Source: Promethearchaeota archaeon (GTDB lineage: Archaea; Asgardarchaeota; Lokiarchaeia; Sigyniarchaeales; SOKP01). From it: a DNA stretch of 25,813 nt. Of the stretch, positions 1 to 7,371 are shown piece after piece (within the stretch, counting starts at the first letter, position 1; each line of letters begins with the position of its first letter). The notes beneath the pieces are model-generated. The model was given only the letters and a program-made list of their open reading frames with translations. It was not told the origin of the DNA and made no database searches. The stretch covers positions 1 through 25,813 of the forward strand of contig JBHLNT010000051.1 in NCBI GenBank assembly GCA_048941265.1, written 5' to 3'. The position numbers were made by a program, and so were the translations under genes.

Positions 1-1
1 G

Positions 2-535
2 GTAGCTGGGGAAAACCTATCAAAAAATCCTAATAAACTGTTTGATTCTAATAGTGTTTATTTATTTATCGATAAATCATTGAATTTAATTTGGATATGG
101 GCAGGTTTACAATCTCGATTATTTCATAGATATATTGCAGCAAATTGGGCAGGTAAACTGAAGAATAATAAAGAATTTTATGGATTTAAATATGAGGTTA
201 TTAAAGAGGGAAGAGAACCTATAGAATTTCAATATATTACTAGTGAAATCAAAAGGGGTCCTGAAAATTATAATTTTCCTGGAGAATCAAGAAACAAAAA
301 TTCTAAAGCTAGAACATTAAAAACAACTGTTTCAAACAAATTAGGTTCTCAACAACTTCAAGTTCAACAATCAAATTCTTTGAATAGATCAAAAATCAAA
401 ATTAATAGAAATGTTCAACTTAAAATTTCCCAGATAGTTAATGAAATTAAAGAAATTCATTCTCATGTGAAATATTCAATTCAACATATAGATAAAAGAA
501 TAAATCAACTCGAGGAATTACTTAAAAATCTTTAA
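2..535 (+). CDS. Gelsolin-like domain protein with C-terminal low-complexity linker and coiled coil (5'-truncated by the window edge)
   Basis: The frame of ORF 80..535 is open back to base 2 and reads VAGENLSKNPNKLFDSNSVYLFIDKSLNLIWIWAGLQSRLFHRYIAANWAGKLK...KYEVIKEGREPIEF. This matches the gelsolin-repeat pattern (LxSxxxF/YhhD...hWhWxG..S......A...A..h...h.EG.E..EF). The tail LKISQIVNEIKEI...IDKRINQLEELLKNL looks heptad-like. Confidence 0.8.
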   Translation, partial: VAGENLSKNPNKLFDSNSVYLFIDKSLNLIWIWAGLQSRLFHRYIAANWAGKLKNNKEFYGFKYEVIKEGREPIEFQYITSEIKRGPENYNFPGESRNKNSKARTLKTTVSNKLGSQQLQVQQSNSLNRSKIKINRNVQLKISQIVNEIKEIHSHVKYSIQHIDKRINQLEELLKNL

Positions 536-558
536 TCATATTAAAGGAAGGGAATTCA

Positions 559-1461
559 ATGGAAAATATTGCATTAAATCCTAAATCCATCCACAATTTG
601 TTAGATCAGCTAAAAGCTTCTACCGGTATAGAATTTAAATGCTATAGAACGAATTTTCTTGAAAGAAGGATTAAAGCTCGGATGATTCGACTTGACCTGA
701 AAACTGATCAAAGCTATCTTGATTATATTTTATCAAATCCCCAAGAAATTGATTTATTTTTAGAGCGCTTTACCATTAATTATAGTTATTTTTTTAGAAA
801 TATTGAAATTTTCAATAAACTCCGTGATATAATTTTTGCGTGTAAGAGTGAAAAATTTCAAACCCCTTCAGATAATTATGAATATATTTCAGATCTTTCT
901 ATATTTGACAAAATCCGGAGATCTTATGCTTATAAAGATTCAGGACTGAGAATTTGGTCATGTCCTTGCGCATCAGGTGAAGAACCTTATTCTTTGGTGA
1001 TGCTTTTGGAACACCTTAAAAAACTAATTACTGAATTTCCCAATTATGAGATTACAGCTTCCGATATAGATAAAAATGCTATTAAAATAGCAAGAACTGG
1101 AATTTATGGTGCAGAATCTTTAAAAGAAACACCTTATGATTATATTTCTAATTATTTTTCTAAATTTCACGACCCACTTGGGCCTAAGTATTTAATCAAT
1201 AATGATATTAAAAGAAAAGTAGAATTCATAACCGAAGATGTAACCAAAGGGCATAACAAGGATCAAAAATACGATATTATTTTTTGTAGATATTTATTAA
1301 TTTATATTAATAGGGATTTTAGGGAAAATTTATTGCGAATTATTTATAATCATTTAGCTCCCGGTGGGCTATTAGTTCTTGGAAAAACAGAAACTCTTTT
1401 AAATTCCAACCTCAATCTCAAATTATTTGATGGAAGGAATCATTTTTATATAAAAAATTAA
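559..1461 (+). CDS. cheR: Chemotaxis protein-glutamate O-methyltransferase CheR
   Basis: Motifs FLERRIKARM, TINYSYFFRN, LRIWSCPCASGEEPYSL, ITASDID, YDIIFCRYLLIY and LAPGGLLVLGKTETL. Purine-rich AAGGAAGGG upstream of the ATG. Confidence 0.95.
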   Translation: MENIALNPKSIHNLLDQLKASTGIEFKCYRTNFLERRIKARMIRLDLKTDQSYLDYILSNPQEIDLFLERFTINYSYFFRNIEIFNKLRDIIFACKSEKFQTPSDNYEYISDLSIFDKIRRSYAYKDSGLRIWSCPCASGEEPYSLVMLLEHLKKLITEFPNYEITASDIDKNAIKIARTGIYGAESLKETPYDYISNYFSKFHDPLGPKYLINNDIKRKVEFITEDVTKGHNKDQKYDIIFCRYLLIYINRDFRENLLRIIYNHLAPGGLLVLGKTETLLNSNLNLKLFDGRNHFYIKN

Positions 1462-1475
1462 AAAGCTATAACACC

Positions 1476-2021
1476 ATGGCTCATGAAGAACAAATAGATC
1501 GCATTGTTAAACCTAATCAATATGGAATAATCCACTTACCAATAGCCCATTATGCTTTAATAAACTCCAGTAAAGAATATAAAAAATATCTAAAAATTTC
1601 TATACATGGATTAGGATCTTGTATGGCAATACTCTTAGTAGATCCAATACAACATTTACATGCAATGTCCCATTCTTTACTTCCATCATCTGAAATCGAA
1701 AATATTTCTCAAATAAAATACCCTCATAAATTTGTAAAATCTTCCATCGAGGATTTATTAGATAAATTATTACAACGTGGATCAAAAATAAAAAACTTAA
1801 AAGCAATTATAATTGGAGGGGCTACTATTTTTGATAATGAATTTAATTACATTGGTCAGCAAAATATTAAAATCGCTCGAGAAATACTAAACTCATTAAA
1901 AATTAAGATTTTTTTCGAAGATGTTGGGGGGAGAAAAGGGAGGACAATAATATACAATATAAAGGATCATTCAATTTTAATAGAAACAAATAAAGGTACA
2001 ATTACTAAAGAAATCAATTAA
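1476..2021 (+). CDS. cheD: Chemoreceptor glutamine deamidase CheD
   Basis: GLGSC (catalytic Cys), AMSHSLLP (catalytic His), LKAIIIGGA, IGQQNI and EDVGGRKGRTI. Adjacent to cheC. Confidence 0.93.
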   Translation: MAHEEQIDRIVKPNQYGIIHLPIAHYALINSSKEYKKYLKISIHGLGSCMAILLVDPIQHLHAMSHSLLPSSEIENISQIKYPHKFVKSSIEDLLDKLLQRGSKIKNLKAIIIGGATIFDNEFNYIGQQNIKIAREILNSLKIKIFFEDVGGRKGRTIIYNIKDHSILIETNKGTITKEIN

Positions 2022-2044
2022 AATAAAAAATAATTTGAGTAAAA

Positions 2045-2704
2045 ATGAAGTTAGAAGTAAATTCAAATGGAGAAAATGAATTTATAAAATTGACCCCTGG
2101 ACAATTGGATTCATTAAGAGAATTAGGGAATATAGGATCAGGAAATGCGGTCGTTGCATTGTCAGAATTAATCAATAAAAGAATTGAAGTTTCTTTAACT
2201 GGGATCAATATAATTCCTTTTTGGAATTTGAGTAAGGTATTTCCTGATTCCGACACAGAAATATTTGGAATTTGTTCAAATATCAGAGGAGAACATAACT
2301 TGACTCTATTACAAATATACACTAAAGAGTCTATAATTAGTATGATCAATATAATTTTGATTGAGAGTGAAAAAAGAATTGAAAATATAAATAGCATTGA
2401 AGAATTAGATGAATTAACTAAAAGTACAATTTTAGAAATCGGAAATATTTTAGTAGGACATTATGCAAGCTCATTAGCTAATTTAATGGCGATAAAATTA
2501 ATACCTGATGTTCCTGATTTAGCTTTAGATACTATTGGAGCAATCTGTAATTCCATTGCTGCAAACTATTCCAAGCTAACAGATTTTATAATAATAATCA
2601 ATACAGAAATAAAAATTGAGAAATTAAGTATAGAAGGAATTATTTTTTTTATTCCAAGTATAGAAACCATTGAATCAATATTTAGACTTCTTAATATCAA
2701 GTAA
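2045..2704 (+). CDS. cheC: CheY-P phosphatase CheC
   Basis: Two E-x-x-N phosphatase motifs: LDSLRELGNIGSGNAVVALSELI and STILEIGNILVGHYASSLANL. Also PDVP and C-terminal IFFIP. Confidence 0.93.
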   Translation: MKLEVNSNGENEFIKLTPGQLDSLRELGNIGSGNAVVALSELINKRIEVSLTGINIIPFWNLSKVFPDSDTEIFGICSNIRGEHNLTLLQIYTKESIISMINIILIESEKRIENINSIEELDELTKSTILEIGNILVGHYASSLANLMAIKLIPDVPDLALDTIGAICNSIAANYSKLTDFIIIINTEIKIEKLSIEGIIFFIPSIETIESIFRLLNIK

Positions 2705-2763
2705 TTTTTTAAAACGTTAATGAAAACTTAAGTTAAGTGTTCAATTTCTCGGGTAAGGTCTTT

Positions 2764-2792
2764 TAAAATTAGGTTCCCCATACCTAATTTTA
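2764..2792. repeat. Perfect 11-bp inverted repeat (TAAAATTAGGT-N7-ACCTAATTTTA) downstream of cheC
   Basis: Read directly: arms at 2764-2774 and 2782-2792, loop TCCCCAT. Function unknown. Confidence 0.55.
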
Positions 2793-2983
2793 CTCTATCA
2801 GAAAAAAATAAAACCAAAATAACTATCTTTTTGATAGTCTACTTAGATTTTTAAAATTATTTAAAGGGGTTTTTTTCACTTTTTTTTTGTATCATGAACT
2901 AATACATTTTTCTATTTCATTAATTTTTTAAATAATTAGTTTATAAGGTTTATAAAATAGAATATGTCAGTTAGTCTTACAAA

Positions 2984-3005
2984 AATTTCTAAAATTTTAG
3001 AAATT
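2984..3005. promoter_or_regulatory. 22-bp perfect palindrome AATTTCTAAAATTTTAGAAATT upstream of cheY, candidate operator
   Basis: Perfect dyad ending 41 bp before the cheY ATG, just downstream of a TATA-like TTTATAAAA at ~2950. The AT-rich context makes a chance occurrence possible. Confidence 0.35.
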
Positions 3006-3046
3006 CATACTTAATATCTTTCATGAAAAATTAGGGGAATGTTTAT

Positions 3047-3436
3047 ATGTCTAAATACAATAATAAAAAAAGGGTAATGATCGTTGATGATGCTGGATTT
3101 ACAAGAGCAATGCTTAAAAACATTATAAACGATACTAATTATGCTGAAGTTATTGCAGAAGCAAAAAACGGAAAAGAAGCAATTATGTTATATGAAAAAT
3201 TAAAGCCTGATATGGTTACGATGGATCTCATCATGCCAGAGGTAGGAGGGCTCGAAGCCATAGACAGTATCCTAAAAATTGATAAATCAGCATCAATCAT
3301 AGTAGTGTCTGCTATCGGTCAACAAGATTTGATCCTTGAAGCCACAAAAAAAGGAGCTAAGGATTTCATCCGTAAGCCCTTTAAAAAAGATCAAGTTGTT
3401 GAGATACTAGAAAGACACATTAAAGCAAGAACTTAA
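3047..3436 (+). CDS. cheY: Single-domain response regulator CheY
   Basis: IVDDAGFTRAML, phospho-acceptor TMDLIMP, VVSAIGQ and FIRKPF. Bacillus/archaeal CheY type, located in the che cluster. Confidence 0.92.
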   Translation: MSKYNNKKRVMIVDDAGFTRAMLKNIINDTNYAEVIAEAKNGKEAIMLYEKLKPDMVTMDLIMPEVGGLEAIDSILKIDKSASIIVVSAIGQQDLILEATKKGAKDFIRKPFKKDQVVEILERHIKART

Positions 3437-3505
3437 AAGTAGGAATAAAACTACTTTTTTTCAACATTTTAAAGGATTTGATTTGAAATCAAATACGAGT
3501 TATTT

Positions 3506-4678
3506 ATGAGTACTCTTAAGAATGCAAAAATTAATGATAATTTACAAAGGAAAGTTAAACTATTAATCGCTGAGGACTCCAGTTATCAACGGAAAGTTAT
3601 TTCAGATATGCTTTCAGAACATCCTCAAATCGAGATAGTTGATATAGCAAGAAATGGAGAAGATGCCATTGCGAAGATTGAATCATCTAATCCAGATGTT
3701 CTGCTCTTGGATCTAATTATGCCAAAAATGGATGGATTATCGCTATATAAATATCTTTCGAAACATTATCCTGTACCGACGATAGTTTTTTCTGCTCTAG
3801 ATCCCAAAGAAGCATCGAAAACACTAAATGATTCCATTGAGGCGCTTCTTTTGGGAGCATTCGATTATATTATAAAACCTAGTGGAATATGGAAAGAGGA
3901 ATTTCCTAAATTTAAGGAACAATTAATTGATAAAGTCTTATTAGCATCTGAAATCAAAATTAAAAAAGATTTAATTAAACAGAAACTAAAGAAAAAAGAA
4001 TCGGCTATCATTCAACCTAAAAAAGCATTTGATGCCGAAGATTTAAGTTTAAAAAGAATCTCTGAGACTCCAGGAATTATAAGAAAAGCAATAACAAATG
4101 GCATAATAGTTATGGGCGCAAGTGTTGGAGGACCTCGTACACTAAAATCGATATTAAAAAATATACCCACAAATTTTTTAGGATCAATTTTAGTTGTCCA
4201 ACATTTAAACCCTTTTTTTATGGAACAGTTTGCCAAGTCTCTAGATCATTTATGCAAAATAAATGTCAAAATTGCTCTTAATGGTGAAAAAATTAAGCCT
4301 GGACATGTATATATCGCTCCTGGAGACAAGCACATGGAAATTGTCTTAAGAGAGAATAAACCGAGTATTAGAATTTTTGATAAAGAGCCTGTAAATTTTT
4401 GCAAACCATCAATTGATGTTCTTTTTTTCTCGGCGGTGAAAATATTCAATAAAAAAACATTGGCCATTCTATTGACTGGGATGGGTAAAGATGGTGTTCA
4501 AGGTTTAGGTGCAATTCAAAAATCTGGTGGTATAACTATAGCGGAGTCTGAAGAAACAGCAATTCTTTATGGTATGCCAAAATTTGCGGCTAATTATGGC
4601 TTTGCTGAGATTATAAGTCCAAATTACAAAATTAAAGACTATATTTTAAGATATGCTTCAAAATTTTTAAGTTCTTAA
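3506..4678 (+). CDS. cheB: Chemotaxis methylesterase CheB (REC + methylesterase), paralog 1
   Basis: REC domain (IAEDS, LLDLIMP, AFDYIIKP). Catalytic Ser/His/Asp in GASVGGP, VVQHL and LTGMGKDG. Also KPSIDVLF and LYGMPK. Confidence 0.95.
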   Translation: MSTLKNAKINDNLQRKVKLLIAEDSSYQRKVISDMLSEHPQIEIVDIARNGEDAIAKIESSNPDVLLLDLIMPKMDGLSLYKYLSKHYPVPTIVFSALDPKEASKTLNDSIEALLLGAFDYIIKPSGIWKEEFPKFKEQLIDKVLLASEIKIKKDLIKQKLKKKESAIIQPKKAFDAEDLSLKRISETPGIIRKAITNGIIVMGASVGGPRTLKSILKNIPTNFLGSILVVQHLNPFFMEQFAKSLDHLCKINVKIALNGEKIKPGHVYIAPGDKHMEIVLRENKPSIRIFDKEPVNFCKPSIDVLFFSAVKIFNKKTLAILLTGMGKDGVQGLGAIQKSGGITIAESEETAILYGMPKFAANYGFAEIISPNYKIKDYILRYASKFLSS

Positions 4679-4857
4679 TAGATTTGGAAGGGGTTATTTT
4701 TCAATTCATTTTGTTTATGATTTACTAAAGAACTAATATTTTCTTTTTGTTGTTCTATCGGTATAAAAATCTTTGTTAAACATTGAATTTAAAAATGGTA
4801 AAAATATTAAGATTTTGAATTTAAATTCTCTAACCTAAACGTTAGAAGATAATAAAA

Positions 4858-5823
4858 ATGTTGCGCGTAACGTTATTAGAAGAATTGCTAGCAAATTTTT
4901 TGAATGAAGTTAACGATTTGTTTGCTATCTTAATTGTGGATTTGGATGGCTTAATAATCGCTCGCCAATCTGTAAAGAATTTTGATGAAGAAATTATTGG
5001 AGCGATTATGAGTATTCTTGAAGGAGCTCTTAATAAAATTAAAAGATTTGCTAATACTTCTTATGGCAGTGGCACATTTGATACAAATGATTTTCGTTTA
5101 TTTTATTTAGAATTGGGAAAAGTCGGGTCAACTAGGGCGCTATTTGTTTTGGTAGCAGATGCTTACTCTGATATTGATAAATTCATCCCATATTCATATA
5201 TCGTGGCTGAAAAAGCATCACAAATTCTAAATGATCGAAAAATTTCTACTAAACTTCCAAAACTTGTTAATGGTGGGAGCATAGAACTGGAATCTAATAA
5301 CGATTCTAATGGTAAAAATATCATTAATAAAATTATATTAATTGGAGCAGAAAATGTTGGTAAAAGTGCCATTTCAAATATGTTTGTTAATGGTGAATTT
5401 ATCGAACAATATAAACCTACAATTGGACTTTCAATAATTGACAAAGAACTTCAGATTATGAGAGATATTAAAATTACATTCTCATTGTTCGATTTAGGAG
5501 GTCTAAAGAGTTTTGCGAAGATACGTAGGCATTTCTACAAATACTCGAGGGCAGTTCTTGTTATATTCGATTATTCTCGGACAGAAACTTTAGGTATGAT
5601 TAACGAGTGGATTGAAGAAGCTCGCCATTTTATTAAGGATTCGACAATCCCTTATATTATTGTCGGCAATAAGATTGATAAATTAGATAATAGAGAAGAA
5701 TTCAGGAGCAATGCTAACAAACTTGCGAATCAATATAACTTTCAATTTTTTGAAACCTCTGCTTTAACAGGGGAGGGTTTGGATGAATTATTTATGCGTT
5801 TAACATCAAATCTAGGTATATAA
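4858..5823 (+). CDS. Roadblock/LC7 (MglB-like) domain fused to a Rab-like small GTPase
   Basis: The N-terminal ~125 aa has the roadblock pattern (LANFLNEV..AILIVDLDGLIIA...IIGAIMS...ALFVLVAD...VAEKASQIL). The C-terminal G domain has G1 GAENVGKS, G2 PTIG, G3 DLGGL, G4 NKID and G5 ETSA. Confidence 0.9.
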   Translation: MLRVTLLEELLANFLNEVNDLFAILIVDLDGLIIARQSVKNFDEEIIGAIMSILEGALNKIKRFANTSYGSGTFDTNDFRLFYLELGKVGSTRALFVLVADAYSDIDKFIPYSYIVAEKASQILNDRKISTKLPKLVNGGSIELESNNDSNGKNIINKIILIGAENVGKSAISNMFVNGEFIEQYKPTIGLSIIDKELQIMRDIKITFSLFDLGGLKSFAKIRRHFYKYSRAVLVIFDYSRTETLGMINEWIEEARHFIKDSTIPYIIVGNKIDKLDNREEFRSNANKLANQYNFQFFETSALTGEGLDELFMRLTSNLGI

Positions 5824-5896
5824 AAAATTCTTAAAAGAACGAATCAAAAATATAAGAATAACAGATAAAATGAGGGATAGAGGGGTTTTTTAATAG

Positions 5897-7330
5897 ATGA
5901 GTAGTGAGACAATTAGTGTTATTATAGCAGATGATTCAGAGTTTTTAAGAAAATCAATCACAAATATCCTTTCTACTGATGAAAAAATTAATATTGCAGA
6001 TTATGCAAAAAATGGAATAGAAGCAGTCAAATTAGTAAAAAAATATCGTCCTGACGTATTAATTCTTGACTTGATTATGCCTGAAATGAATGGCCTTGAT
6101 GCCTTTAAAGAAATTATGGACTATAATCCTACTCCCACAATTATATTATCAGCTGTTAATCCTCAAAATATGGATACTTCAATTCAAGCCTTATTAATGG
6201 GAGCTTTTGATTATGTAATTAAACCAGGGGGATTAGGGGCAAAAAATTTACCAAGATTTAAAGAAGAACTACTTGCTAAAGTTCTTCTCGCATCAAAGTC
6301 TCAAATTAAGAAAATTTTTGCAACAGAGAATAATTTAAGTAAAAAAACTTATATCCGACAAGAGCTAGTGAGCGAGACTTTTAAATTCGGAAAATACATT
6401 AATAAATTAGAACCTATTAAAGAAACTGAAAAAATAACACAAAAAGAAGGGCATACTGCAAACAAACCTATCGAGACTATTCAAGTTAAAATAATGCCAG
6501 AAATAAAAGAAATTAATCAACAAAAGGAACCTCCTGTAAAAATAATTAAAGAACCAATTAAACAACAAGTAAATACAAGCACAACAACAGAGGTAGCCGA
6601 ACAGTCGACAAAAACGGTCGTCGAAAAACCAAAAAACAAAATTAAATCATTAGACCGTATATCTAAATCAATATTAAAATCTAAAATTAAAAGGGACAAA
6701 GTATTAGAAAAGACCAATCTCACCCCATTTAAGGGGATCCATTTAGTATCTAATGTGATTGTTATTGGAGCGAGCGTAGGCGGTCCAAGAACCTTAAAAA
6801 CTGTATTTATGGAGATTCCTAATAATATTTCATGTCCAATTTTGGTAGTTCAACACTTAAGCGACCCTTTTATAAATTCTTTTATTAATAGCTTAAATGA
6901 AGCATGTGATATTTATATAAAAGTGGGTGTTGATGGGGAGTTTCTTCAACCCGGGGTTGTCTATTTTGCTCCAGGTGGCAAACACATGGAGATTTCTGTA
7001 AAAAACAATAAACCTTGTATCCGCATATTTTCAGGAGAACCAGTTCATTACTGTATACCTTCAATTGATGTGTTATTCTTTTCTGCTTGTAAAGTCTTTC
7101 GAAAAAAAACAATGGGAATCTTACTAACAGGTATGGGAGAAGATGGTGTTGACGGATTAGAAGCTATTAAGCGTATAGGCGGAAAAACAATCGCAGAATC
7201 CCAAGAAACATGCGTCTTATACGGTATGCCAAGAATCGCCATTGAAAGTGGTGCTGCTCAAATTCAAAGTCCAAGTTATAGAATACCGAAACATATTGCA
7301 GACTTTGCTAACCTTAAAAAGATAAAGTAG
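5897..7330 (+). CDS. cheB: Chemotaxis methylesterase CheB paralog 2 with a ~150-aa interdomain linker
   Basis: REC domain (ADDS, ILDLIMP, AFDYVIKP). Methylesterase motifs GASVGGP, VVQHL, PSIDVLF, LTGMGEDG and LYGMPR. Long K/E/P/T-rich linker. Confidence 0.93.
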   Translation: MSSETISVIIADDSEFLRKSITNILSTDEKINIADYAKNGIEAVKLVKKYRPDVLILDLIMPEMNGLDAFKEIMDYNPTPTIILSAVNPQNMDTSIQALLMGAFDYVIKPGGLGAKNLPRFKEELLAKVLLASKSQIKKIFATENNLSKKTYIRQELVSETFKFGKYINKLEPIKETEKITQKEGHTANKPIETIQVKIMPEIKEINQQKEPPVKIIKEPIKQQVNTSTTTEVAEQSTKTVVEKPKNKIKSLDRISKSILKSKIKRDKVLEKTNLTPFKGIHLVSNVIVIGASVGGPRTLKTVFMEIPNNISCPILVVQHLSDPFINSFINSLNEACDIYIKVGVDGEFLQPGVVYFAPGGKHMEISVKNNKPCIRIFSGEPVHYCIPSIDVLFFSACKVFRKKTMGILLTGMGEDGVDGLEAIKRIGGKTIAESQETCVLYGMPRIAIESGAAQIQSPSYRIPKHIADFANLKKIK

Positions 7331-7371
7331 TTAGACCTTTTAATTGGTTCTTAACTAAAATCTTAGTAATT

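Noticed and set aside
80-82. TTG start given for the first ORF
   Set aside because: The frame is open to base 2 and the upstream residues complete the gelsolin motif, so the true start lies outside the window.
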